Below the pieces are notes generated by a model, which was not told the DNA's origin, made no database searches, and saw nothing but the letters and a program-made list of their open reading frames with translations. Position numbers and translations under genes: made by a program. Positions 20,131 to 31,547 of a stretch of 64,000 nucleotides of DNA are shown piece by piece; within the stretch, counting starts at the first letter, position 1, and each line of letters opens with the position of its first letter. The stretch is from Gemmatimonas sp. (GTDB lineage: Bacteria; Gemmatimonadota; Gemmatimonadetes; Gemmatimonadales; Gemmatimonadaceae). The DNA is taken from contig OZ257156.1 in assembly GCA_965279375.1 (NCBI GenBank), positions 3,840,001-3,904,000 of the forward strand. Direction: 5' to 3'.

Positions 20131-21101
20131 GTCGGACCCGTTCCCCGTGGCGCCGGATCGTCATGCTCATCGCGAATGTCGCCCACCAACTCCTCCAAAA
20201 GATCTTCCAGAGTCACGAGCCCGACGAGCGTGCCACCGTCATCGTGCACGATGGCGAGCTGGCGGCGCGCACGCAGTAGTTCAAAAAGCAATTCATTCGC
20301 CGGCTTCGATGCGCGCGTCACCGAGATCGGACGCAGCGTCGGCATCCGTTCGCCCGCGAGCTTGAATAAATCGAAGACGTGAATCATGCCCACCATCGTA
20401 TCTGGCGAGCTGCGGTAGAGCGGCACCCGACTGTACGCCGACTGCGCAACGCGGTGCGCAACTTCCATCGCCGGCATGCTCTCGTCCAACGCGAAGATCT
20501 CCGCGCGCGGCGTCATCACGTCGGCTGCTGTCTTTTCGCCGAACTGCATCACGCCGGAGATGATCGCCATCTCCTCCGTCGAGCCCATGCCATCGAACGC
20601 GCCATCGCGAAGCAGATCCTCCAGCCCCTCACGCGGCTCCACCTCTCCCGCGGCGAGCTGCCTCGGCGCGACAACGGCGCCGACGGCTGCCGCGATCCAC
20701 TGAATGGGGCGCAGTAGCAAATCCGCCACGCGAAGCAACGGAACCAGTACGGGCACGAGCTGTGGCGCCCAACGACGCCCGATCGCGCGCGGCACCAGCT
20801 GCCCGAACAGCAAAAGCATCGCCAGAAACACGACCGTGTCGCGCGCGAAAGTCCACGGCGAGCGTCCACTCTCCACCGTGATGATCGCGCCCATCGCGAA
20901 GACGGTGAGCATCGAGCCTGTGCCCGCCGCGTGGATGAGACGCATCGGACGCTCGAGATAGCGCGCCATCGCGGTGGATCGGGCGTGGCGATGCTCGATC
21001 CAGTGACGGAGCCACAAACGACTCACCGCACGCACCGACGTCGCGCCGGCGGTCATGAGGGCGACGAGTGCAACGGCGATGAGCATTGGCAGCAGTGGCA
21101 T
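20127..21101 (-). CDS. CNNM/CBS-domain membrane protein (hemolysin/CorC family)
   Basis: N-terminal TM region with GQLVPR, VMTPR, YSRVPLY, GLVTLEDLLEELVGDIRDEHD. Confidence 0.88.
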   Translation of the reverse strand: MPLLPMLIAVALVALMTAGATSVRAVSRLWLRHWIEHRHARSTAMARYLERPMRLIHAAGTGSMLTVFAMGAIITVESGRSPWTFARDTVVFLAMLLLFGQLVPRAIGRRWAPQLVPVLVPLLRVADLLLRPIQWIAAAVGAVVAPRQLAAGEVEPREGLEDLLRDGAFDGMGSTEEMAIISGVMQFGEKTAADVMTPRAEIFALDESMPAMEVAHRVAQSAYSRVPLYRSSPDTMVGMIHVFDLFKLAGERMPTLRPISVTRASKPANELLFELLRARRQLAIVHDDGGTLVGLVTLEDLLEELVGDIRDEHDDPAPRGTGPT

Positions 21102-22369
21102 CAGGCGTCGCTCTCCTCGGCGCGCGCCGCACGCTCGAGAAAGACACGCTCGATCTTGCGCCGTACCACCCGCTCCACGATGACGCGGAACGGACCGATG
21201 GTCAGCGACTCACCCGCGCGCGGCACACGACCAACGAGTTCGAAGATCAGTCCGCCGATGGTGGTCACGTCTTCGCGGCGGAAGTCGTGATTGAGCGCCT
21301 CCGACAGGTCATCGAGATTCATGCGACCGGACACCCAGAATCGCGTGTCCTCCTCGCTCTCGACGACGCGTTCTTCGTCGTCATACTCGTCGCGGATCTC
21401 ACCGACCAGCTCTTCCAGTACGTCTTCGATCGTGACGAGTCCCGCCGTCCCGCCGTACTCGTCAGCAACGATCGCGATGTGGCGCCCCGTCGCGCGGAAC
21501 TCTCGCAGCAAGTCTGCAATGCGCTTGGCTGATGGAATGAACGTCGGCGCGCGCATGAGCGATTGCCAACCATCGGCGGGTTCCTCATCGGCGAGCACGG
21601 CGTGCAGCAGATCCTTCGCGTACAGGATGCCCACGATTTCGTCTATCGTCTCCTCGAACACAGGCACGCGCGAGTGCTGCGCGCTGCGCACGCGGTCCAC
21701 CACCTCCGACCACGGTGTCTCGCGCTCGATGCCCACGATATCGACTCGCGGCACCATCACCTCTTCGGCCGTCGTCTCGCCAAAATCGAAAATGCCGAGC
21801 AGCAAGTCACGCTCGTCGCGCGAGACATCGGCTTCGCTTGTGATGACTTCGCGAAACTGCGCTGCGGCTTCATCGCGTCGTTCACTCGATGCGTCGCCTG
21901 ACGAGACCACATCTTCGACCGACGAATCGAGCAGCTCGCCAAGACGCACGGCGGGCGCGAGCAGTTGCTCGGTCGCCCGCGCAAACCAGCGGAGGCGGAG
22001 TGCTGCGTCATCTCCCAGGGCGTCACCGATGGCGCGCGCGATGCTCTCCGCGACCACCACCGTCAGCAGTCCGGCGACCGCGAGTATGGCGAGTGCCTGC
22101 GCCGTGGCTCGACTCTCGAGCCCGAGTGCAAGCGCCAATGCGCTACCGGCAATGAGATGACCCAGCACACGCGTGAACGCCAATGCGCGATGCGCGCGTT
22201 CACGTGCCGGAACCGTGCGCGCGAGTGGGGTAGCCGGCACCACGAGCGCCCCGCGCTCGGGGACCACGACCGTTGGCGTCGCCTCGGCGAGTATGGCGCC
22301 GTCGGTTACTGCGGCGAGCGCGGCCAGTGTGGCCCCGGACGCCGCGACAATCCAAGGAACGACGCTCAT
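21101..22369 (-). CDS. CNNM/CBS/CorC-HlyC domain protein
   Basis: Start re-chosen at MSVVPW, overlapping the ybeY stop. EVMVPR, DEYGGTAGLVTIEDVLEELVGEI, and a C-terminal transporter-associated domain. Confidence 0.9.
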   Translation of the reverse strand: MSVVPWIVAASGATLAALAAVTDGAILAEATPTVVVPERGALVVPATPLARTVPARERAHRALAFTRVLGHLIAGSALALALGLESRATAQALAILAVAGLLTVVVAESIARAIGDALGDDAALRLRWFARATEQLLAPAVRLGELLDSSVEDVVSSGDASSERRDEAAAQFREVITSEADVSRDERDLLLGIFDFGETTAEEVMVPRVDIVGIERETPWSEVVDRVRSAQHSRVPVFEETIDEIVGILYAKDLLHAVLADEEPADGWQSLMRAPTFIPSAKRIADLLREFRATGRHIAIVADEYGGTAGLVTIEDVLEELVGEIRDEYDDEERVVESEEDTRFWVSGRMNLDDLSEALNHDFRREDVTTIGGLIFELVGRVPRAGESLTIGPFRVIVERVVRRKIERVFLERAARAEESDA

Positions 22370-22874
22370 CCGCGCGGGGACGGAGTAAGCCAGAAGCGCT
22401 TGAGCAGCTGCTCCTGGCGTCGCCACATCGGCGACGTCATACGGGACTCGTCTTCCGGATGCTCCCAACCGCACGCGTGCAGCATGCCGTGCACGACGAG
22501 GCGGGCAATCTCCTCACGCACCCCTGCACCATGGCGACGCGCCTGTTCACGCGCGACGTCGGGACAGATGTAGACATCGGCGAGCACCACGCCGTTGGGA
22601 TCGGCGCCTAGAGCGAACGTGATCACATCGGTAGGACCGCGATGCCCGAGATGCTGGCGATTGAGCTTGGCCATCGCTGCGGGCGCGACCAGTGTGATGG
22701 ACACGAGGGCGTGTCGCACCTTGAGCGCCTGCAGCACCTGCTGCGCCAGTCGAGCAAGCCGTGCCGTGGCCACGGGCGAGCGCACGCCGTCCGTCTCGCA
22801 GGAGACAGCGCGTGATGCCCGTGACTGCGGCGAAGGTCGAGTGGGTCCGTCGTCCATGGGTAGTGTGCGGGCGG

Positions 22875-22878
<4 letters not shown>
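22366..22878 (-). CDS. ybeY: rRNA maturation endoribonuclease YbeY
   Basis: PTDVITF, HGMLHACGWEH. Confidence 0.92.
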
Positions 22879-23827
<949 letters not shown>

Positions 23828-23831
<4 letters not shown>

Positions 23832-25639
23832 GCGGACTCTCCCTTGGTGCGTACCTGAATGCCCAGCTCCGCCAGATCATCCGCAGGCACCGCGACCGGC
23901 GCGCCTTCAAAGAGCGAACGCGCAGCCGTCGTCTTCGGGAACGCAATCACATCGCGCAGCGACGGCGCACCGGAGAGCAGCATCGCGATACGATCGAAGC
24001 CAAAGGCGATACCACCATGTGGTGGTGCGCCAGCGCGCAGTCCTTCGAGGAGGAAGCCGAAGCGACGTTCCTGCTCCGCGACATCGCCGATGCCCAGCAA
24101 CGAGAACATGCGCGACTGCACCGCTGGATCACTCGTGCGAATGCTGCCGCCGCCCAACTCGGTGCCGTTGAGCACCACGTCGTAGGCGAGGGCGCGCCAC
24201 CGCGCAGGCTCATCGGGATACGCCGCCATGTCGTCGGGGTGTGACGCCGTGAACGGATGGTGGACAGCAGCGAGGGCGCCCGTGACCGGATCCTTCTCGA
24301 ACATCGGGAAGTCCATGACCCACAGGAATCGCTGCGCCTTGGCGTCGACGAGATCGAGGCGACGCGCGCATTCCTGACGCACGCGATCGAGCGCTGGGCT
24401 CGACACATGATCCGGCGCGGCGACGAACAGGGCGAGGTCGCCTTCGGTGAGGGCGAGGGAGGCACGCGCCTCGTCACTCAGGAACTTGGCAATCGGGCCG
24501 TCGTACGCGCCGTCGGCGAAGCGCACGCGCATCAACCCACCAGCGCCAGCGCCCTTGGCCAGCGCTTCCAGTTCGTCCACCTGTTTGCGGCTCCATGCGG
24601 CGCCGCCCGGGAGCACCAAGCCACGCACGCGATGACCAGCGGCCAGCGCGTTCTTGGTCACGGCAAAGTCGAGCGTCGCAAAGACGCTGCTGTAGTCACG
24701 CAGCTTGAGCTCGTATCGCAGGTCGGGACGATCGCAGCCGTAGAACTCCATCGCGTCGGCATAGCTCATCCGCTCGAACTGCGCGGGAATCTCGTGCCCT
24801 GCTTCACGCCACAACGCGCCGATCAGTCCCTCAGCGAGCGTCATGATGTCGGGACGCTCGATGAACGACGCTTCAATGTCGATCTGCGTGAACTCGGGCT
24901 GCCGGTCGGCGCGAAGGTCTTCGTCACGGAAGCAGCGCGCGACCTGGAAATAGCGATCGAATCCACAGCACATGAAAAGCTGCTTGTAGATCTGCGGCGA
25001 CTGCGGCAGCGCGTAGAACTCGCCCGGATGCACGCGACTCGGTACGAGATAATCGCGCGCGCCTTCCGGAGTCGGCTTGGTGAGAATCGGCGTTTCGAGC
25101 TCGAGGTAGCCGCGATCGCTCAGAAAGCGGCGCGTCACCTGCAGCAGTCGATGCCGCAGCACGAGGTTCTCCTGCAACTCCGGGCGACGCAGATCGAGAT
25201 AGCGATGCCGCAGTCGAAGCTCCTCGGCGGGCGGCTTCTCGTTCCGCGCGCGAGCGACAGGCAGCGCAGGCGTGACGGCGGGCCCCACAATCCGGAGAGA
25301 GCGGACGCGCACTTCCACTTCACCCGTACCCATGTCCGGATTGAGTCGTTCGGGCTCGCGTGCGACCACCTCGCCTTCGCAGAGCACGACAGACTCGACG
25401 CCGACGGCCGCGGCGAGTGCGAGCGTCTGTTCGTCGGACCACGCCGGCCCGAACGCGAGCTGCAGCAACCCGGTCCGATCGCGCAGGTCGATGAAGACGA
25501 GCCCGCCCAAATCGCGACTCCGGTGCACCCATCCACCCAACCGGACGGTCCGGCCGACATCGCTGCGGCGAAGGAGACCGCACGCGTCGGTGCGGAGTGA
25601 CGTCGCCAGCACATTGCTATCGGACACGGACTCGATCAC
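23828..25639 (-). CDS. aspS: Aspartate--tRNA ligase
   Basis: TPEGARDYLVPSR, FYALPQSPQ, FRDEDLRADRQPEFTQ, PPHGGIAFGFDR. Confidence 0.97.
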
Positions 25640-25682
25640 GAACAGAACTCCAGGCGCAAAGCGCGAGAAAGGAAAGGGTGGC

Positions 25683-26156
25683 TCATGACTTCATTGACTC
25701 GTGCACGAGCGCGATGAAGTCTCTTGGCGATTCCGCATGTCGCAACGCGAAAAGAACATCGGCATCAGAGACGAGTCGCGTCAGGGCTCGCAGCGTGTTG
25801 AGGTGCTCCGACGGCGCATGGGTTGGGCTCAGCAGCAGAAAGAGCACGTCGACCGAGTGCCCCTCAGTTGCGCCGAACTCCACCGGCTCTTCGAGCACAC
25901 ACGCGGACATCAGCACGCTGCTGACAAGCGGCGTGCGTACATGCGGCATCGCAACGCCGTCGCCGAGCATGGTCGGGAAGGACGCTTCGCGCGCGAGTAC
26001 ACCGGCGAGCAGTTCCGACTGCACCGTGGAGTGCGGCGCGGCCATACGCACCAGTTCAGCGAGCGCCTGGCCCTTCGTGCGCGCCTGAGACGGAACGGCG
26101 ACGCGATCGGTTGTGAGTAGTCTCTTGAGAGGCAATCGCGGTCCGTAGAAGTGCAA
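25683..26156 (-). CDS. PTS EIIA (Ntr/Fru-type) domain protein
   Basis: RE...PT.LGDGVAMPHVR (phospho-His), PVEFG, HLNTLRAL. The TTG start at 26156 is inferred from a TAGCTT box 7 nt upstream. Confidence 0.8.
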   Translation of the reverse strand: MHFYGPRLPLKRLLTTDRVAVPSQARTKGQALAELVRMAAPHSTVQSELLAGVLAREASFPTMLGDGVAMPHVRTPLVSSVLMSACVLEEPVEFGATEGHSVDVLFLLLSPTHAPSEHLNTLRALTRLVSDADVLFALRHAESPRDFIALVHESMKS

Positions 26157-26238
26157 CCCAATCAAGCTAAACGGCTTACAAGACGCGCGGTAGCGATTCG
26201 CTTGACCCGCCATTGCACGCTCCGTTAGTCTTAACTGC

Positions 26239-27132
26239 ATGTGCCGCAAGTTCTTATGCGGGCTTGCCGCGATTCTGATAGCCCGTGGGCTCTCGGCGCA
26301 GCCGGTGCCCGCTCGCGAATTATGGGAGTTTCCGCTCGGTGCGGTGCTCGAGCCCGCCGCTCTGGCTTCGGAGCCTGGCGCGGGACTGTGGAATCCGGCA
26401 GCGGGTGTGCTGGGGTCCGGGGTTCGCTGGCGATTCGGTGTGGCCTCCCTCTCCACGGCGACTGATCAAGGGGTCGATGGCCAACTGATCGCTGCTTCGT
26501 GGCGGCGCCAAACCGGTACGACGTTTGGCCTCTCGGTGGCCCGCACCGGTATCAGCGGAATCGTGCGCACCGATACCGATCCGCAGGGGCTCGGCGACGT
26601 GCCGTACGGCACGACGTTGGTATCGCTTTCCGCGTCGCGCGAGCTGATCCCCCATCTTTCAGGCGGATTCGCCGCGCGGTGGCGTCGCGGGCGCATCGAG
26701 CAGCAATCCCGCGATGCGGTCGCCGCGGATCTTGGCTTCGTGCTGCACGATCTCCCTTTCCGAAATGCGCGAGTGGCGGCGTCGAGCTTTCTCTGGCGTC
26801 CGGGACGCGAGATCGAGGATCGCCCGGCCTTTGTGGCAGCTGCCGATCTTCGCGTGCTGGGCGACAGCCTGCGAGAGCTGCGCGCAGGATACAGTCATAA
26901 CGGCGTGAATCGCGGTACGCGTGAGCGCGGCGTGTACCTCGGCTCGCGGTTGGATCGTTTGGAAGCACGGGCCGCGTATCTGCGCACTGAATCGTCCGGG
27001 CGGTCGGCCACGCGACTGCGCTCGGGGCTCGCCTTGCACTACAATCGATTCGTGGTGGGCATCGCGCGCGAGGAAGGCGCCTCCGGTCTCGGACCGCTCT
27101 ATCAATTCACGCTCAGTTCAATCCTTCGGTGA
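26239..27132 (+). CDS. Hypothetical exported protein, probable outer-membrane beta-barrel
   Basis: Signal-like N-terminus, WNPAAG motif, alternating beta-strand patterns. Overlaps the rlmN start. Confidence 0.65.
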   Translation: MCRKFLCGLAAILIARGLSAQPVPARELWEFPLGAVLEPAALASEPGAGLWNPAAGVLGSGVRWRFGVASLSTATDQGVDGQLIAASWRRQTGTTFGLSVARTGISGIVRTDTDPQGLGDVPYGTTLVSLSASRELIPHLSGGFAARWRRGRIEQQSRDAVAADLGFVLHDLPFRNARVAASSFLWRPGREIEDRPAFVAAADLRVLGDSLRELRAGYSHNGVNRGTRERGVYLGSRLDRLEARAAYLRTESSGRSATRLRSGLALHYNRFVVGIAREEGASGLGPLYQFTLSSILR

Positions 27133-28241
27133 CCGGCGACCACTTACAAACCCTGCGTCCGACGGCGCGCGAGAATCTCTTGAATCTCGCGCCTGATGCG
27201 GCGCTCTCGCGGCTGAAGGAGTGGTTCGCCGAGCAGGACGAGCCTGGCTACCGCGCCACGCAAGTGTTCGCGCGGTTGTGGTCGCGTCCGGTGGATTCCT
27301 TCGCCGACATGACCGAACTGCCGAAGGCGCTGCGAGACGCGCTCGATGCGGCGTTCGTTATGCCTCGACTCGAGCTGACCGCACGGCAGACCTCGACGGA
27401 CGGCACGGAGAAGTTTCTGTACCGACTGCAGGATGGTCAGTTGATCGAAACGGTCGCGATCCCCGACGGGGACCGGCTCACACTGTGCATCTCCTCACAG
27501 GCCGGCTGCGCGTTGCAGTGCGCCTTCTGTGCGACGGGCGCGATGGGTTTCCTGCGCAACCTGTCACCGTCGGAGATCGCCGGCCAAGTGCGCGAACTAC
27601 GCATGCTCGACACACCGTTGCTCGCCACCAACATCGTCTTCATGGGGATGGGTGAGCCGCTGATGAACTGGAAGTCGGTGGACGTCACACTGTCGCTGCT
27701 CAACGATCCGCTCGCGATCGGCATCGGGGCGCGACACATCACGATTTCCACCGTTGGCATTCTTCCCGGCATCGTTGCGCTGTCCAATCGACCGGAGCAG
27801 TTCCGGCTCGCGATTTCGATTCACGCGCCGAACGACGCGCTGCGCCATACGCTCATGCCCGTGAATACGAAGTATCCGCTGGCCCAAGTGATCGATGCGG
27901 CCCGCGACTTCGATCGGCGGGTCACCTTCGAGTACGTGATGCTCGGCGGCGTGAACGATCAGCCGGAGCATGCAGCGCAGCTGGCGGCGCTGGCGCGCGA
28001 CTGCAAGGCGTTCGTGAATCTCATTCCGCTCCATCCCGGCGGATCGATGGGCTTCACGCCGACCTCGCCCGCCGTCATCGCGAACTTCGCGCGCGCGCTG
28101 CGATCACGGAACGTGGAAACGGCCGTGCGTCGCAGCCGCGGGCTCGACATCGCCGCGGCGTGCGGACAGCTACGGACGGAGCGGTTGAACCGGCGCCGTC
28201 CAGTCACGGCCGATGAGCACCGTGAAGTCAACGTAGTGTGA
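27129..28241 (+). CDS. rlmN: 23S rRNA m2A2503 radical-SAM methyltransferase
   Basis: CISSQAGCALQCAFCATG, FMGMGEPL, DIAAACGQL. Confidence 0.96.
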   Translation: MTGDHLQTLRPTARENLLNLAPDAALSRLKEWFAEQDEPGYRATQVFARLWSRPVDSFADMTELPKALRDALDAAFVMPRLELTARQTSTDGTEKFLYRLQDGQLIETVAIPDGDRLTLCISSQAGCALQCAFCATGAMGFLRNLSPSEIAGQVRELRMLDTPLLATNIVFMGMGEPLMNWKSVDVTLSLLNDPLAIGIGARHITISTVGILPGIVALSNRPEQFRLAISIHAPNDALRHTLMPVNTKYPLAQVIDAARDFDRRVTFEYVMLGGVNDQPEHAAQLAALARDCKAFVNLIPLHPGGSMGFTPTSPAVIANFARALRSRNVETAVRRSRGLDIAAACGQLRTERLNRRRPVTADEHREVNVV

Positions 28242-28703
28242 CGAGTCCCGACTGGGTTCGATCGCGCAGTCGCCCATCGCACGGGTGAGGCGCGCCCCCC
28301 AGTCGTCGTGCCCCGTGTGGGACAGCACCAGAGACTTCTCGCGGTTCGCCTTCGGATCGCCGTCGAACTCGACGACATCGTAGCCCAGGTCGCGCAACAC
28401 CAGCGTCGCTCGTCGCGCGAGTCCGCGAATATCCGTGGCATTCACCACGCGAACCCGCACGCGTGCGCCGACCGGGGCGTGCGCCAATGAGTCGTCGAGG
28501 ACCGCGCGAGCTGCAGGCTGCTGCGTCGGTGCGGCCGGAGAGCCTGTGCCGGAACGCGAGCGCAGGTACAAACCGCCGCCAGTCCCAGCAATCACCACCA
28601 GCAGCAGAATGACCAGCGCCCATCGGCGTCGCGCACGACGGCGCGGATCGACCTCACGCTCCATCGGCAACGGCATGGACGACCGCAGGTCACTCATGCG
28701 CAC
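28170..28703 (-). CDS. LytR C-terminal domain membrane protein
   Basis: One TM helix, VRVVNAT...GLAR, VDFTVLIGRDW. Confidence 0.82.
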   Translation of the reverse strand: MRMSDLRSSMPLPMEREVDPRRRARRRWALVILLLVVIAGTGGGLYLRSRSGTGSPAAPTQQPAARAVLDDSLAHAPVGARVRVRVVNATDIRGLARRATLVLRDLGYDVVEFDGDPKANREKSLVLSHTGHDDWGARLTRAMGDCAIEPSRDSSHYVDFTVLIGRDWTAPVQPLRP

Positions 28704-28745
28704 GCCCAGACAGCTGGCCCGACGCCGTGTTGATTCGCACGGCCA

Positions 28746-29291
28746 TCATCGCACCGAGTTCCAGAGTTCGACTGTGTCGGTCGTCAGCCCCTTCCCCTCG
28801 CGCAGCACCCACTCAATGCGCATGCGTACAACCTGACGAAAGACGGCATCGAACGCCTCGGGCACACGATCGGCGAGAAACGCGCGATCGGCCTGCATGA
28901 AGCCACGACCTGGTTCGAGGAAATCCGCCATGTAGAGTGCGCGACCCACGCGTGACCAGCGAGCGTAACCAACGGTGTGCCACTTGATCGCATCGAGCAC
29001 ATCGAGTCGCTGCTCACCGCACGCTTCGAGTCGCAGCGCCGCCGCGGGACCATGCAGCATGCCGACGGGTCGATGCGGCTCGTCGGTCAGCGCACGCAGT
29101 ACCGGCTCCGATTCGTCACGGAGTGCGTCGTGCCACGCACCAGCATCGATCCACGCCTGTGACTCCGCGGCCGACAGCTGCATCGCCTCGGTCCACCGCT
29201 GCAGTAGCGCCACGACGCGCGCGACATGCTCGCGACGCTTCGGCGTGACGACCGCCCAATCCGGAAGGACGCCGTGCGCGAGTACGGTCAT
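28746..29291 (-). CDS. HD-domain hydrolase, YqeK-like (candidate Ap4A hydrolase)
   Basis: RREHVARV, WHD, LHGPAAA, AIKWHTVG, LYMADFLEPGR. Confidence 0.8.
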   Translation of the reverse strand: MTVLAHGVLPDWAVVTPKRREHVARVVALLQRWTEAMQLSAAESQAWIDAGAWHDALRDESEPVLRALTDEPHRPVGMLHGPAAALRLEACGEQRLDVLDAIKWHTVGYARWSRVGRALYMADFLEPGRGFMQADRAFLADRVPEAFDAVFRQVVRMRIEWVLREGKGLTTDTVELWNSVR

Positions 29292-30118
29292 GCCGCGTCG
29301 ATCGCCTCGCGCAGCGCCGCCGTGAGAGCGACAGCGTCAGCCACGGAGCGCTCGGCCGCGCGCACGATCGCACTGCCAACCACTACGCCATCACCCAGCA
29401 GCGCCACCGCCTTGGCCTGCTCCGGAGTGGAGATGCCGAATCCGATGCAAATCGGCAGCGACGTCGCCGAACGCAACCGCGCTACGACAGCCGGAAGCTC
29501 GCCGGACAAGGCCTCTTGTTCACCCGTGACACCAAGGCGGCTGATGAGATAGACGAACCCACCGCCATGGCGCGCGATCTCAGCCATGCGCTCGACCGGG
29601 GTCGTCGGTGCAACCAGACGCACAAAATCGAGCCCGCTCGCGCCAAACCACGACTCGCGTTCGGGATCCGATCCTACGGGCAGGTCGGTGACGAGCACGC
29701 CGGAGACCCCGGCTGCGCGCGCACGCTGCAGCACGTCAGCTCCGGCCGCGATGATCGGGTTGAGATAGCTGAACAGCACGATCGGCACGCTCACGTTCGC
29801 CTCGGCGATCACCGAAAGCGCACGATCCAGCGTCATGCCGTGTTCAATGGCGATCTGCGAGCTGCGCTGGATGACCGGACCGTCGGCGAGAGGATCTGAG
29901 AACGGCACCCCGACTTCGATCACGTCGGCACCCGCCTGCTCGAGACCGCGCAACAACTCCACGCTGCGTGCAGGGTCGGGATGTCCCGCGGTGACGTAGC
30001 ACACCAGCGCACGGCGGCCAGCAGCACGCAGCGCGTCGAAGCGGGCCGTCAGGGGCGAGCGGGCGTCCGGCGCCTCGGTCGAAACGTCAGGCGAAGTATT
30101 CGCCAATGCGGATGCCAT
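29288..30118 (-). CDS. trpA: Tryptophan synthase alpha chain
   Basis: EVGVPFSDPLADGPVIQ, LVAPTT, GVTG, GFGIST, VVVGSAIV. Confidence 0.96.
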   Translation of the reverse strand: MASALANTSPDVSTEAPDARSPLTARFDALRAAGRRALVCYVTAGHPDPARSVELLRGLEQAGADVIEVGVPFSDPLADGPVIQRSSQIAIEHGMTLDRALSVIAEANVSVPIVLFSYLNPIIAAGADVLQRARAAGVSGVLVTDLPVGSDPERESWFGASGLDFVRLVAPTTPVERMAEIARHGGGFVYLISRLGVTGEQEALSGELPAVVARLRSATSLPICIGFGISTPEQAKAVALLGDGVVVGSAIVRAAERSVADAVALTAALREAIDAA

Positions 30119-31547
30119 ATCGCTCAGGGTCCTCGGTACGAATGATGGTGCGCGGATACTGTCCGTGCGGATCGGTTTCGGTCAGATCACAGTGTATCAC
30201 GTCGGCGAGGCGATTGCCGAGGGCATCGGACAACAGGCGCACGAGCGGACGCGACAACGCAGTCGGTTCGGCGCTGGTGGACACCACAATCGCCATCTCG
30301 AGCGTATCGAGTACGACCAACGTACCGACCGGATAGATGCCCGTCAGGTTGATGAACGCCTTGACGATCACGGGATCAAGCCCGAGACGCGGATTGTCGC
30401 GCATGCCGCGCAGCACGTCGGCGGGCGTCCAGGGAGACTCCTGATATACGCGAGCCGTGGTTGCCGCGTCGAAGCCGTCGGCAACCGCGATGATCTTGCT
30501 GAACAACGACAGACGTCGCGCACGGACTGGCGTCGGATAGCCGCTCATGTCCACGCGCATGTGATGCTCATACGCGGTCAGCATCGAGCGCCAGGGCCGC
30601 CCTGAACCCGCAGGCAACGCAAAGAGGGCGAGCACCCCCTGCCACGTATGCGTCTGCAGTACGGCACGCTCCGCCTCGTCGAGCACGCCGCGCTTGTTGA
30701 GCAGTTCAAGCGGAACGCGCGACTTGCCGATGTCGTGCACGAGCGCAGCCAAGCCGAGGTCGAGCAGCTGGACCTTGGAAAGCCCGAGCCGACGGCCAAG
30801 CGCGACCGACAAGATGCACACATTGACGCTGTGCACGAATGTGTACTCGTCGAAGTCACGGAGCGTGGTCAGCCCCATCATCGACGCCGTGTCGGTGAGA
30901 ATCGCGTCGACGATGCCCTGCACCGCGCGCTTGACGCGCTTGAGACCGGGACTCCGACCCATGCGCGCCGAGGTCATGATCTCGCGCGTGACGTCGAGCG
31001 AGCGCACGTAGGTCTGCCGTGCGCGCTCCTTCTGATCGAGTTCACGATCCGACGCGCCCTGTTCCTCGGCTGGCGGCGACACGGCGAAGCAATCGATCGC
31101 GAGCTGCGAGAGACGCGCTTCGAGCTGCGCCATCCGTTCCTCCTCCGGGACGTCGTGCGGAGGAGACTGCAGAAACGCCAACAGCACCACCCATGCGCGT
31201 GCATCCGGCGGACGCGCAACGGAGATGCCGCCGATGCCGGCTTCGCGCATCAGACCAAGCACGTAGGCGACGGCCGCGTAATTGTCGAGCGTGAGGCGAA
31301 GACGTGTCTCGTTGACGAACAAATAGTCGCCGACACGACGCAACTCACAACTGTCCTGCAGCGCGGTGACGCGCTCGGCCGCCGTCGAAAGCTCCGTGAT
31401 GGCGCGCTGCACTGCCACATGCTCGACGGGATAGAGTCGTATTGCGCGCACGGCCGCATGGAAAGACACCACCATCGCGCGAGACGAACGCTGGATGTTC
31501 TGCTCGCTCGTCGCTTGCTCGTTGACCGGAGGGGTGCTGGCGGTCAC
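30087..31547 (-). CDS. HD-GYP domain phosphodiesterase
   Basis: YTFVHSVNV, HDIGK, HHMRVDMSGYP, IAVADGFDA...R.Y. The GTG start at 31547 overlaps the HEAT gene stop. Confidence 0.9.
   Translation of the reverse strand: MTASTPPVNEQATSEQNIQRSSRAMVVSFHAAVRAIRLYPVEHVAVQRAITELSTAAERVTALQDSCELRRVGDYLFVNETRLRLTLDNYAAVAYVLGLMREAGIGGISVARPPDARAWVVLLAFLQSPPHDVPEEERMAQLEARLSQLAIDCFAVSPPAEEQGASDRELDQKERARQTYVRSLDVTREIMTSARMGRSPGLKRVKRAVQGIVDAILTDTASMMGLTTLRDFDEYTFVHSVNVCILSVALGRRLGLSKVQLLDLGLAALVHDIGKSRVPLELLNKRGVLDEAERAVLQTHTWQGVLALFALPAGSGRPWRSMLTAYEHHMRVDMSGYPTPVRARRLSLFSKIIAVADGFDAATTARVYQESPWTPADVLRGMRDNPRLGLDPVIVKAFINLTGIYPVGTLVVLDTLEMAIVVSTSAEPTALSRPLVRLLSDALGNRLADVIHCDLTETDPHGQYPRTIIRTEDPERYGIRIGEYFA

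Noticed and set aside
16414..20200. Cobalamin riboswitch for the mutase genes
   Set aside because: The genes overlap or are tightly packed, leaving no room, and I saw no B12-box.
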